Positions 26,163-40,756 of a stretch of 64,000 nucleotides of DNA are shown in pieces. Each line of letters begins with the position of its first letter. Positions within the stretch are counted from its first letter, which is position 1. The stretch lies in contig CM022676.1 of assembly GCA_012295275.1 (NCBI GenBank), positions 9,672,001-9,736,000 on the forward strand, read 5' to 3'. The notes under the pieces were generated by a model that was not told the DNA's origin, searched no databases, and was given only the letters and a program-made list of their open reading frames with translations. This DNA is from Chrysomallon squamiferum (Eukaryota > Animalia > Mollusca). The position numbers and the translations under genes are program-made.

Positions 26163-29159
26163 ATTATGATTATCATTATGATTATTATTATTATAATTAT
26201 AATTATAATTATTATTACTATTATTATGGTTGTTGTTATTATCAATATTTATTGTTACTATTATTAGTATTATTATTTAAATTTTCTGTTTACATAATTT
26301 TTTCATTCATTCCTTCTTTTTCTTTCTTTCTTTATTTAGTACTGAACTGGTAAACAAAATTATTAAATTTACGTGAAGGATGGCCATTAAAAATATATTT
26401 CTAATTTATTATTTTGAAAACTATATTAAATTTTTTTGTCTACCTTTATTGTATTTTATTAAGAGTTTATATTATTAAAATTTAAAAAAAAAACCCATTT
26501 AATATAATAGCTTGTAATACAGTATAGAGATATTACTGAATACCTACCTGATTAAGCAAGTGTTTGTCAAATTACCGTATCAAAATAGCTTGTTTTATTT
26601 TCAGTTGATCAGTTTATACAGGTGATATATTGTTTGTTAGGTAATATATGTGGCTAATTTTTAAACTAATGAACTAATACATAAACAAAATATCTTGTTC
26701 AAACTGCTTATTCAGGTAATATATTGTTTGTAATTGAAAGTAAACAAAAACAAATTTATTGAAAAAAAAGTTTACAAGACGTTAATTTATGCAGGTAAAT
26801 AACTGTTTGTTAAATAATACACATAACTAAACCAGTAATCAAAGAAGAAAGAAAAATCCCTGATGTTATTTTACATAAACACTATTACTTGTTTAACTTT
26901 CAAGTTATCAACTAATCCAGCTAACATATTCTTTGTCATGTAATATTTGTAACTAAACTTAAAACCAAATAAAGAAGTATAAACAAAACAACTAAGTTTT
27001 GTACATAAACAAAATTACTAGTTTAATTTTCAGCTGTCAGCTTATCCAAGTAATATATTACATGTCATGCAATGTTTGCAATTAAAATTACATTCAAAGA
27101 TGAAAGAAAACAAAATCCCCCTGGTACTGTACATGAAACTGAATCACCTTTAAATTTTCCAGGCGTTAACTTATCCAGGTAATATCCTCTCGTGCCAGGT
27201 AATTTCTGTTTACCTGTTTATCACCTGAGCTCGTGCGTTGGTCAATGCATCTATAACTTAACCCGTTTTGTCTACTAAATGGACTTCATGTTGTTACAGC
27301 TATTATTTAGCTCGTGTTTACAAAACTCGATAACCGTTTTGAACTAATCCGAGCTGAAACTATTCTGTCACATATCCGTAACAGAAAAAGGTTTGCTTTT
27401 ACACAGATTACTGGGTTTTTTTCCTCATCTGCTTAAGCTAGATATAAAAATCTTGTATGGTGAACATTATTTAATTTTATTTTGAGCTGCTTGCTGTCGG
27501 GCATGATGGCATAATTAAAACAGAAAAGTGTTATAGTGACGTTTTAGGTTTAGGTCATATGAAGTTTTTGAAGGAACCAGTGAGGGGGGAAGGAAGGATG
27601 TGGGGGAAGAGAGGGTGGAGGAAGGATGTGGGGGAAGAGTATAGATAGGTGTGAAAGTATGTGTTTGGTCATTTATAAGTTAGACTGTATTTCTGTGTGT
27701 GTGTGCGTGCGTGTGCACATGCACGTTCATGTACATGCATGTATATATATACATGAAAGAAAGATAATGTATATTGCCAGATGTAAGAAAGTCCAAATTT
27801 TGTGTGTGCTTTCCTTTTTGAAGTGTATGAGATATTTTTTTTTTTTATTTTTTAAAGTGCCAGTAATATCTGTTTGAATATCAGACAGAGAGAAAAACTA
27901 CATTTTATTCTCTAAATAAATCAAATCTATTTGGCCACATGTCCAATGAAAAACTTCATACTAAAACACAGTATGCATTTCATTGTCTAATGTGTATCAT
28001 GATTTATCATTCATACTGTCACTTTTTGTATTCTACATAACAATATTTACAATCTTCTACAGCCTTATATTTGAATTTTAAGAATTATATTTTCTTTTCT
28101 TTTTTTGTTGCATAGGCATGAACTTTAACCCTGTGACCCTTGACCTTTTTTAAAAAAAATCTTTAATCCTGGTACAGAGTGTTCTAAAGTCATTTGTGTA
28201 TACAGATGCATCTGAATAAATTAGATAAAATCCTTTTTTTTGTTATCTCAGATGTCGGTGGTCTTTCAAAGGTAACCATGGCAACATAGCATTATCTCAC
28301 TTTTGTTCAGATGTTAATCTGGGGATTAACAAAAACCCTTTGAAGATGCAACAGTTGTTGACTTGTTACTCAGACTGTTGCCACGGTAACCTGTTGTATT
28401 TGTACCAGCAGTTCATGTACTGGAGGTTTGAAGTGGTATGTTGTTACCATGGTGACAATGTTTGAAGTTTGTGTTTATAGTAGATCAATTAACTGAGAGC
28501 CTGAAATCCATTTTTATTTATTTTATTTTTTAATTTATTTACATATTAATTATTGTTGTTGTTATTTTTTTTTTTTTGTGTGTGTGTATATTTATTTATT
28601 ATTTTAAAAATATATTAAGATCCTTGTTATTAAGAAATATTGAAGTTATTTTAGTTATCACTCATATAGTGGTATAACTCAATATATAAATTAATTTGAT
28701 AAATATTTTCATTTATTTTTTATTATTATTATTATTATTATTTTAAATATTGATCCAGATTTGTCACCTTCAGTATACTCATTTTAAGAAAATTTATATT
28801 TTATGGGAAGGCACTTGTAAAATATAACGTTTTGCTAATTTACAGTAGATATTACAGAATGGCATCTAATTTTTTCTTTCTCTTTATTGTATAAAAGTAT
28901 TCTTTCATAGAACAAATCAGACATTAAACGTTCTTTAAATGTTTACCTATTATTCACAAGATTAATGGATTTACTTAATTTTTACCTATTATTTCAAATT
29001 ATTAATGATATCAAAAAGGGTTCTTTTGTTTTCCTTTGTTAAAAATTATTAGTAGTAATACTTTTTTTTTAATAATTAATAATTCATTTTTTAAATGTGC
29101 ATATACTGTTAGTGTAGATATGTAGTTTCTTAATTAACTAATTTATTTATTTTTTACAG

Positions 29160-29225
29160 GAATCTATTTATCTGACATGTTGACATAGCAGTTTGGATAA
29201 TTCTTAACCACGTGAAAAGTAAACT
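29160..29225 (+). other. Candidate internal 5'-UTR exon of Vangl
   Basis: CTAAT branch point, T-tract and ACAG acceptor ending at 29159; consensus GTAAGT donor at 29226. The Vangl ATG exon itself starts at an acceptor (TTTCAG, 52230), so upstream exons are expected. Confidence 0.45.
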
Positions 29226-29593
29226 GTAAGTACAATTTTTATATTACAACAAAATGTTTTATTTGTTATCTGTGTCATCATTTCTAAACACACAAGGAAT
29301 GTGAAATATGTTGAGGAACATTAGTGAAGATTACAATTACATTTGAGAAAATTCTTGCTAAAATGGAGTCCTGTGAAAAACGGCATTATTTTATTTTTTA
29401 CTTAATCATAAAAAATATTTGCAGATTATGTGTGATTATTGAGAAAAAGATTGTTTTTTGGCAGTTTTTTAAACACTGTAGTGAAATTGAAAAATACAGT
29501 AGCATGATATTCCTTGATAAACTATTTTAAAGTCATTCAGTTATAAATGTACTGAAAACAGATGCAAGCTTGGACAACTATGCAAAATGGATA

Positions 29594-29696
<103 letters not shown>

Positions 29697-31664
29697 CCAA
29701 CTTCACACACATACATTTAAAACACTTGAGACATACTTTTGTTTCACTGCTATCAAAAAAGCAAATGTACATTATTAAATAGATAACTACATAATTATAA
29801 AAATAAATAAATAAGTAATCAAATAAACAAACCAGATTATAAATAAATAAAACATTTAAACAAAAAATTCACAACAGAACTATTAACCATGTTAAAAGAA
29901 ACCAACCTTTTCCAAGATTATTTATGTATACTTAATTGAATATCCTTACATGCATTATCTGAAACTGATATATTTATATTAAAATATTTGTAATCCAGTA
30001 TGTTGATAGTTTGACGTAGTTCTTTTTTTTTTATTTTTTTTTTATTTTGTAAGCCTACCCACTTGTGTCTTGTTTGTTCTTTTGTTTGAGTAGAATGAAT
30101 TCCTCCATTTAAATTTTAGATTATATATTGTGTTCTGTTCTTAACATTTTTTTTATCATTTCCTATTTGTGTGTCAGTATTGTTCTGTTGCTTCTGAGCA
30201 GTAAATTCCGCCTAGGAAACCAAAGCATTTAGGTCTTTTTGTACTCCATGTTTGAGCACTTGCATTTCGATACCTGCATATTTTGTTTTGTAAATTCCTT
30301 CTCTCAAATCAAAGCATTGCGGTTTTAGTTTAGATATTCTGTTCTACTAGTCAGAGCTTTTGAACTTCTTTTGTGTAAATTCCTCCTCACAGTTCCTCTG
30401 GAGTTAATGTCTCAGTATAATAATAATGTTTTAAATACTGTTTCTTGTTTTTTCTCATTATTTGTTATCAATATCATATGGAAGCATAATTAAGTTACAA
30501 ATATACAGTAACATATGTTGAGTATATTACAAAGGACACACATACACACACACATACATGCAGACAGACATATTCACCAGCCTGTTTCTGTGAAGTAAAT
30601 TCCTCCACACAGATGTGAGGACTCGGGTTTCATTCACGTAGCTTGTTTTTCAGTTTTGTAAACAGCCATGTTTGTTGTTGGATGTTTTTATTCTTTTTTT
30701 TATTTCAACCAAAGATTTATAACTTTGCTAAGATTAGACACTATAGTTTTTGTATATTTAAAATAAAAATTGTTTCATAACATTCAAAGTCTTTAGGGGG
30801 TGTTTATGTATTTTTTTTATCACAGTTCTAGTTCAACAGTTTTTATTAAAACAATATAAACAAGTGATGGAAAGTATAAATCATTTTATAATATTGTTTT
30901 ATTTTATGTTCTTGTTAGTTGTTTCATTAACTTTTTTATATATTTTTTTTAATTTATTTATTTAATTTTTAATTTTTATTTAGTCATTTAAAATTGTTTT
31001 ATTTATTTTTTTTTTAAATTTATTTCATTTGTTGTTGTTATTACTTATTTATGAATGTGCACACATTTCTTTAATTCAAATTTAAACACTTGTTTATTAT
31101 TATTATTATTATTATTGCTTTGTTGAAGTTATTTAGTCTGAAATTACTTTTTCCACCTTTCTGAAACAAAATGAAACTAGACTGACTATAACAGAAGCTT
31201 TAATTTCAGGTTTTACACCTTTTAGTTCATTTCTCTTTTGTCATTTATTATTTTCTTGACATGCTCTTCGTTTTACATTTTCCCAAAACAGGTATGTCAT
31301 TAATAATTCACTATTTGTATAAAGTCACTTTTTAGAACAAATCAAAACTGAACAAAGGAACTTTTAAAAACATTTCTATTTTTTTTTTTATCTTCTTTTT
31401 TTTTTTTTTTATATAAAGCTAAAAAAAAAAAAAAAGAAAGAAAAAGAAGACCGAAAATGAACCATGTGTTACGTTGATCAAATGATCCACATTTCACATA
31501 TACATGTCTGTATGTGTGTATGTATATATATATATTTATACACACACACATACATACATACATACATGTGTGTGTGAAATGTAGATCATTTGGTCAACAT
31601 AACATACATTTATACATATACATATATATATATATAAGCACTATATGGCTTATATTGGTCGACA

Positions 31665-31700
<36 letters not shown>

Positions 31701-34624
31701 GGAGTTTTATATGATCAGTATACCTTGGAGAAAAGATACAATTACTAAAGTGAATATAATTCTCTGTCGTACTAATGGCTTATTATTTCTTGTTCAGAAG
31801 GTTATAGGCATAAGTTTACCTTAGGGGAAAAGGAGATCACATGACTAAAGTGAACATGTTTTAGCAGACTACTGCATTGTCAAGTTTACAATGAAGGGAA
31901 TGCAGTTAGATGTCTTCCTGATACATTTGTACTTCATAAGCAAAAGTTTGTAGGATCAATTTATCTGAAGTGAATACGTTTGAATTCATAGCGTATTGCT
32001 GTATAAGCAGAAGGTTTTGGGATCGATTTATCTTGCTGAAGTGAATGAGTTTATTGAAGTCTTAAAAAGAAAAATGAGAATATTATTTCATGATCAAAAG
32101 GTTTTTGGAATTAGTTTACTTAAGTGGAAAGGAAAGTCAATAAAACCAAAGATATTTTAAGAAAGATAATTTAACAAAGAGTTTTGCTCTGATACCTGAA
32201 TATGAACCATTGATAAACAGAACAGAACTGTTAGTTGAGATTTTACCATAGAGTTTAAAAACATTTTTATAACATGCTAATTATTCTATATCTATAATCT
32301 ATTCAGATCCATGAAGTTACTGCTTCAGAAAAAAAATGAATAATATTATTTATCTTCATGGAAATTAGATGAATTTAAATGAATTTAATTTATAATATGA
32401 TTTAGTTAATAATAATTTAGTTTATGTAATAATAAATATAAAATGTTCATTGATGATCAGAAGGTTATGGGAACAAATTACCTGAATGGAAAGGATAGTG
32501 AGAATATGTAAATACATCAATAGTTTGATATCAATTAAATATTGATTGAGGATCATGAGCTTATTGGATCAGATTTCTTTAATAGAAACTAAATTGATTG
32601 ATAAACACCGGAAGGATTTTAATATGAGTCTTGAAGGATCAGTTGACCAAAAGGCACAAAAGCAAGATTTTTACAACATGCACATACATAAATGATTAAT
32701 GTTTAACAACAACACTGCTATTTTAAATTCAGAATGAATTTTTTATAACATGCACACAAGTAAAAAAAAAAAACCTCTAACATGTGAAGACATTGCTTGT
32801 ATGTTCACTGCTATATTTCATTTTGTGAGGAAAAAAAAAAATATATATTAAGACGAGCTAAAATTTATTTTAATATAATGTTAAAATCATGGATCTTAAA
32901 TGACATGGTTTCAGTGTGTCAGTTGGATAATGGAAATGTCGCAGCATGTGTGAGAGTTAGGTAAATGAATACGAGTAATGACACAGACAAAGAGCAGAAT
33001 GTACATACTTAGTGTAAAACAATAAAACTGTTTGCGGCCAAGTGAAATGATGTATTAATTTGCAGTGGTTGACAGGAGGTTAACTATAATTGAATCCAGC
33101 TTAATGCTAAAGCTATAAAACTTGTTCCTTGAGGACCGAAAAGGTTTTTTCGTAGGATCAGTTTGCATGAAGGGAAAGAACGTTTATTTTTTTATTTTTT
33201 TTTAAACACCTGGATATGAGCTAATGAAAAATCTAGTAAAAAAAAACATTTGGTTGACAAGCAGTTTGTTGTTGTGTTACTGTGCCAGTGGGGAGAAAGA
33301 GAGTTTTTTTTAATGTTGTGTATGTAAGTAAATGTAACCTTTGTTAAAACCAGTAAAAGTGTTGCACAGGATGAAAACATTTCAACATTCTTAACACCAT
33401 GCTGTGATGGGAGGACGTTTCTTCATTCAACTTTATTATTAACATAAAGTGTGTGGGTGGGTGGATGGATGGGTGGGTGAGATGGGGCAAGGAGGGAGAG
33501 TGTGGGTGAGGGAAGGAGTTAGAGAGAGAGGGGGAGTGAGGGAAGGAAAGAGGGGTGATTTTAATTTATAATTATTAATGATTCATCCCATGGAATGGAG
33601 GAGAATGATTCTTTTTGAACAGTTTAATAATTAACACGTGTTTGAACCTGATTTAAAGAGTCTGGCTGCTATCAACATTAGCACAAGTTCTCAGTTTTAA
33701 AAAAAAAATATGTGAAAAAAAAAGCCCCAAAACAAATCAAGACCTTCAAAACTGGAAGGTAAGCATTAAGATGAAGATATTAGTGAAAGAGGAATGCTGA
33801 CATGGTGACTAATTTAAAACGTTTATACAAAAACGCTGCAAGGATCTTTTAATTTCATTTTGGACTGCATTGGCGTTAAGATGAAAATGATAACTAAGCT
33901 TGGGTAATCCGAGGTGCTGAAAGATTGAAAAATGTTTGTACATCTAAACATGCAGCTGTCCATTTCATGCAGGACAGGAACTTTAATTTAACCCAAATTT
34001 TGATTTTATTGGCATTAATATGAAAATGATTCAGATGGGGTTAAACTGAGATCCCTAAGGGTTCAAAATGTTCATCTGGGTAAACAAAAAAGGAGACCTG
34101 ATTAAAATGAACCAGGATTTTAAATTTAATTTGAATTTTGAGCTTCATGATGCATTATGATGAAAATGATAGTACAGAGAGAGAGAGAGAGGTTTTTTAA
34201 GCTAAGATCTTTAAGGATTCAAAATACTCAACGTGGCTAAACAAAAAGCTACCTCCTTAGAATATACCACGATTTTTAATTTATCCTGAATTTTTATTTC
34301 ATTAGCATTTAATGTTAAATGATACAGTTACGCTAAGATCCTCGAGGATTCAGAATGCTCAAATCTAAAAATGAAGTCGACAGTGTAATGCAAGCCGGGA
34401 CATTAAGATGAAAATTATATTGTTTTCAGGTCAGAGGAGGTTGTGACTGATTGAAAACTTTCATGTGTACTGTCAGCATTTGGCGATTTAGTAATTGTGA
34501 ATTATTGATTTGTCTGAAGCATTGAGTCATCAGAATGAAAAACAGTGGAACGTACATTAAACTGCACTTAGATTTCCAGATAGCTGTGTGTATCTGTGTG
34601 TGTCTCTGTGTGTCTGTGTGTGTG

Positions 34625-34822
34625 TGAGAGAGAGAAAGAGAATGTGAATTATATGAAAGACTGTGTATGATACAAATACATGTGAGAAGGAGAGAGAGAG
34701 AAAGAGAATGTGAATTATATGAAAGTTGTGTGATACAAATACATGTGAGAAGGAGAGAGAGAAAGAGAATGTCAGTTATATGAAAGTTGTGTGATACAAA
34801 TACATGTGAGAAGGAGAGAGAT
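34625..34822. repeat. ~60 bp minisatellite x3
   Basis: AAAGAGAATGT..TTATATGAAAG..GTGTGATACAAATACATGTGAGAAGGAGAG repeated. Confidence 0.9.
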
Positions 34823-35028
34823 GTGTATATGTGTAAGAGTGTTTTTTTTTTTTTGTAACTGTATGTGTATATAAACACAGAGATGTGTATATGTGTTTTT
34901 TGTAACTATATATGTGTATAGAAACACTGAGAGGGACAGAGAGAAAGAATGTATGTATGTCTATGGCTGTTTTTTGTAATTATATATGTGTATGATGTAA
35001 ATATGTGAGAGAGAGAGAGAGAGAGAGA

Positions 35029-35073
<45 letters not shown>

Positions 35074-38000
35074 TATTGGTAAATTCATTTAAATAGATAT
35101 TTTACTTGCTGGGTAGCTTCAGGGATTTTGAACTTTTCTTACATATTGTGTCACTCTGTATTATACGTTTAGTTTATTTTTATTCCAGTAACTAATATTA
35201 CTTTACTACATTTTAAACCAGTATATTATTTTTCTGTCTTTTATAACTACATATATCTGACTTTTAAACTTAATGTATATAATTACAGCTGTTTTAAAAC
35301 TGTATATTATATCTTGATTTTTATATGTAATTACCAGTACTAATTCAGTCTATCATTAAAACCATATAAGTATATGGATAATAATCTCTATATTTTTAAA
35401 GGAAAGAGTCTTGTGTATTTACCTTTTACATTTATAATTTACATACTGTATTGGCTGGTACATCAATGTTTGGTCTTAATATTATTATTTTAACTAGCAT
35501 TTCTTTCTTTTTTTTTCTTTTTCTTTTCTTTCTTGTATTTATTTGTTAAACTGACCTTTAAATTATTTTTTAAACTTTGATGTTTATTTTCTCTTTTTTT
35601 TAGCTTTGTATTTATTTATTTTTTTAACTTTGTATTTATCTTCTTTTTTTTTTTATCTTTTAACGTTTGTGTTTTTTTGGGGGGGGGTTAACTGGGAATT
35701 TATTATTTTTATATTCTATATTATTGTTATTTATTTATTTATTTATTTAAAACATCTTTAAAATCTCTTTGATGTTTCTTGTTCGTACACCATACTGACT
35801 AGCATCACAACACGGAGAAGATGCCTTATCTTTTTTTTCATCTGACATCAGAACACGGAGAAGACCTCTTTCTTTTTCTGTTTGCTGTTAACAGTGACTC
35901 ACTGATCAATCTGTCAACATCGGGATCCATAATGAAAACATCAGCCTGATCAATCAGGTGTCATCCAGTGCGTAATATAATTACCATGGCAATTGGATGG
36001 GAAATATGGAATTAATTTCCACGGCAACGTGGGTTCAGTTCTATGGTAATACTCCAGCGAGAATGGGTAAACAGATTATGGTGTTAGTAATTTCGTTTTC
36101 GTGGTGTCAGAGTGGTGAATGTGTTGATGTGATCCCGTTAATTGAAGTTTATAAAAGATTAGTAGGGGGAGATGGTATGGAGTGGGGGAGACAGTGACTG
36201 TTCTGGAATGTTTTGGATTTGAGAAATTGGTGGTTTGTTCAGTTTTGTTAGTTTGTTTGGTGGGGGGGTTTTCTTAAAGAACTTTCTTCTGTTATTTTCT
36301 TATTTCTTCTTGTTCTTCCCTTTATTAGTATTTTTTTATTATATCTTCATTCAGAACATTCAGTTTATAAAAATAACAGCATTTAAATACAAATTTGCTT
36401 TTTCACTCAGAATGATTGAATACAGTCTCGTTGATAATGTAAGGTGTCTTAGCATGTTACAGTTAAATATTTTAAATAAAAAGAAAGAAATACAGATTGT
36501 GTTTATACATTTGTTTTTATTAACCAAAATAATTTGTATATTTCTGTATATTGTACAGTTTATTCATTGAAATGAATTAAGTCTATTAATTATCTTCTTT
36601 TTTTTTTTTAAATTAATTTTTATAAACAGAAAGGAGTGTGCTTTTAGTCATATACTTTCTTTAACATTTCCAAAAATAGAGAAAAAGATTTTTATTAAAT
36701 ATATTTTCAAAAAATTAAAAATCAAAAATCAAAAAAAATCATATCTCCAACAGTGCTATAGTTTTATCAGTTTCTTATGTACAGGGATCATTTTTTTATC
36801 TTATTTATTATTATTTTTTTTAGTGGGTGTAAATACACCTGCATAAGTAAAGTAAATTTATACACCTGTAGTTTATTACTTACAGCCAAAAAGTAATTGA
36901 AAACAGAAACAACTAAATTAAACTTGTAATTTATATGATGAAGAAAAATGCGAATTTATTGTTTCTGTAGTATTAAATAAAATAAAAAGTATTTGTTAGT
37001 TAATGGTGCCATTTTTTTTAGGTCTTCTTTGTGTTGTGATTTAAAAAAATATATATATCTACTTGTTTTTACATAGGTTGAAATACATACCTGTATTTAT
37101 TACTTAACTTCAGCACCTTAATAGTTCAGATAAAATAAAGTGTAATGAAAAAAATCTTCATAGTGCTGACATTGCTTCAGATTTTAAATTTTATTTTGAT
37201 GGCAATCAGTATACAATTTCAGTTTTTTAATCGTTATTTCTCTCTTTTTTTAGCATGTTATTGCATGTCTTAAGCTCTCTCTCTCAGTTTTTGATAACTC
37301 TCTCTCTCTCTCAATCTTAATCAGAATCTCAACCTTTTTATTGTTAATTTATCTCTTTATCTATTTCTTTGTTTTTCTCTTTGTCTCACTTCCCCACGCC
37401 TTGTCTTTGTTTACTGAAACAATTCTATTTAAATAACTAATACTTATTTGTCTAATCCTTCTCTTTTCATTTCTAGACTTTATAACCAGTGAAATTCATA
37501 CTGCATACATTGCAAACAGAATAAAAGAAATTTTAGCCTGAATTGTTTCAGAAATAATACTTGTTCTCTCTAAACATTTGGTTTATTGTCGATGTTTTTT
37601 TTTTTTTTTTATGGAGGTCATAGATTGCATTGTGGTTAAGACATCAAGAATAACATGGTTATAGAATGGAGGGTTGGGTTGTGGTGGGGGGTTGATAGGA
37701 ATGAAACGTACTTTTTGAGCATGGAGAATAATGAAGTATTTTCTCTTTTCTTTTTTTTCTTTTTCAATTTTTTTTCTTTCATTCTTTCTTTCTTTTTTTT
37801 TGTTCTTTTTTTTTCCTAGTTCTTTTTATTAGGCTTTCCGTTGTTTTGTTAAACAGGTTTTAGTTTAAGTGAGAGCCAACTGCACTTAAAATGAACAACA
37901 GAAACAGAAAGGGTCTGTTTTGGAAGGTGTTCAGTGGGGACACCTGTAATACTGTTACACGTATTGTTCGAATGTGTAAATCATACAATGCTCGTGTACC

Positions 38001-38342
38001 CATGTTGTGGGGCTTCTTATTGCAATGCATTTTATTTTTGTAATAACTAAACATATTTATTAATAATGTTAGAGTTTAAATTTGTTTTAAAAAAAAAAGA
38101 AAATATGTGGTGTTCATACAAATATACCTCTCCTGGAAACTGCCCTTGTTTTGGCTGCGGTGTTTTTATGAGCCTGCCTGGCTTTCATTCACAAAGAGAC
38201 TTGAGAGTCAATCTCGTTTAACTGCCTAATTAAAATGTTTGCTTTCTGTCGCACACAGAACTGTTATTTGAAATATCCCAAGGGGAGAATAAAGGAATTA
38301 ACTGAAAGTAAAACAGCAAAATTAGTGTAAAGCAGCATGTAG

Positions 38343-38390
<48 letters not shown>

Positions 38391-40716
38391 CAAAGAAGAA
38401 AAATATTAATGTAAAATTTTACATGGTTTTCTGAGCAGTAAAATAGTCTTGAAAAAGTGGTATATTGAAATATTCTAATGTAATTAATTACATACATACA
38501 TTTTTTTAACAAAAAAAATACAATTAAATAAATAAATAACAGTATTACCTCTCTTTATTATTAATTCAACACTCATATTTCCTGAACTGTAAGAAAAAGC
38601 AACATTCTAAGACTTCTATTTCAAACATGTAGACCCTTGTTTTAACTCTGAAACATAAAAAGAGCAGTAATAGTTGATAATCACCTGTTTTAATCCCTAA
38701 CTTATTGATCTACCCTGCAGAAACCCTACCCCACCCCACCTCTTGTTTTGAACCTTCACAGACAAGGAAATAACACTCATCTGTACCAAACTGAAGCCAC
38801 CACCTTTTTCAAACCCACCTTTATTCCCCTCCCTCCCTCCCTCCCTGTCCCACCCAGACAGGTAATGAAACACTTGTCTTTAGTATCACTTTATTGACCC
38901 GCCCCCTTTTTTCCCACCCTGGAAGATCAGAGACCACTGACAACAATATGTGCCAGCAGTCAGGTTTATTTATGGCTTGGTTACAGAAAGTCATAAAAAT
39001 CTGTTCCCTTCAGTGTGTTTTTTTATTTTTATTGTGTCTGTCTGTCTGTATGTATGTCTGTGTAGTTTATATACTTATTTATGTGGCTGTAGTGAAGTCT
39101 GAAGTAGCGAGAATTTGTAGTTTCTGACATATTTGTTTTTTCATTTTGTTGCATATTTTATTTTAATTTACTTTTATCTTTTTTTTTAATATTTTTTTTT
39201 TTTTTTTTTTTGAGCCAAATATTTCTTGGAATTTTAAAAGCCATTTAATGAAACACAACTGCACATGCCTAACTTTTCTTTCGTTTTCGTATTTAATGTG
39301 TTAAGAAGGTAAGATAGAATAAAAATGAAATTAAATTCTTGGGATTGAAGCCGTGTCTTTTAATTTTATTTACTTATTTATTTATTTTAATTTTCAGTCT
39401 TTTATTTAAAAATAAACACATAGTTCCTGGCCCATTTGTCTTCATAAACAAATCACTGATAAGAAAAAAAAAACTTTTTCAAAAATTTAAAGACAAAATT
39501 TAAATGACAAGATACCAAATCACTTCTACATTTTAAATTTATCAGTGTCATTACTACAGAAAATATAAATCTTTGAAATCTTTTTTTATATATATATATT
39601 TCTTTCCTTTCTTCTTTTGTTTATTTTTTTATTTTTATTTTTTTTTATATGTAAAATAAACTACAACCTTTGTACCAAATAAACTTTTATGTTCATGAAG
39701 TGAACAAAACTCTACACAGGTTGAGTCACGCTAACAGTGCACGTTCAAAAGAAAGCACAAAAAAAAAAAATAAAAATAATATTGTTGCTTTAAAACGAAA
39801 AGAACAGATCCATTCGACAAGTAATTTTGCAAAGGATTGTGGGAGATTTGTACCTTTACAAGAGTGAAGATAGAATACTCAGTGGATATTTTGTTTGGTT
39901 CTAAATTGGATATTTAGAGATTTAAAAGAAAGTTTGTTCTGTGAAAATGGATTCCAGGTTTTATGAGTGTTTTCACGTAACACCGACATTGTGTGATCTT
40001 GTTTGGAAATACACGAAGAGGGGGTTAACACTTAATCACACCTGATAGGTAGGCAGGTGAAAGAAACAGGTAATAATAATATGTCTACATTTGTAAATTT
40101 AAAAAAAAATCCAGGTGTTTATATTAAGGTTAATGAGGTAACTGTGTATGGTGTGTGTGTGTTTCTGAACATGGTTTTAAAAACTTTTTTTTTTTCCAGT
40201 GCATTTAGTAAATGTAACCTTTTTATATTTTAATAGTGTGAGTGTCTATATGTCAATAATGTGACAGAGGGATTGCATTTTTAATTTACTATAGCAAAAA
40301 AATGTTCTGTTATTTATAAACATTGATATGTAAATTTAAAGAAATAATGTTTATTAAAGTAAACTCAATCCTTTTTATTATTTATTATTTTTTTTTTTTT
40401 CTTTATCCATTTATAGTATGTCTGTGTATGTCTTTAAATGTGTGTGCTTAGAATGTTACTTTTGTTGTTAGCAGTAGCAGCAGTAGTAGTAGTAGTAGTA
40501 GTAGTAGCTGTGGGAAATATAAATGGTGTTCATATTTATAGTTGCAGGTGTAATTTAAAACCAAATGGCATGTTTATGGTTGAATAAATCTGTAGACATC
40601 TATATATCATTTTGAAATACATTTAAAAAACTTTTGCCCCAATACAATTATAATTTGTAATGGTGCTATATTTAAAAAAGATGTATATATTGTTAATTTA
40701 TACATACATATATACA

Positions 40717-40756
<40 letters not shown>

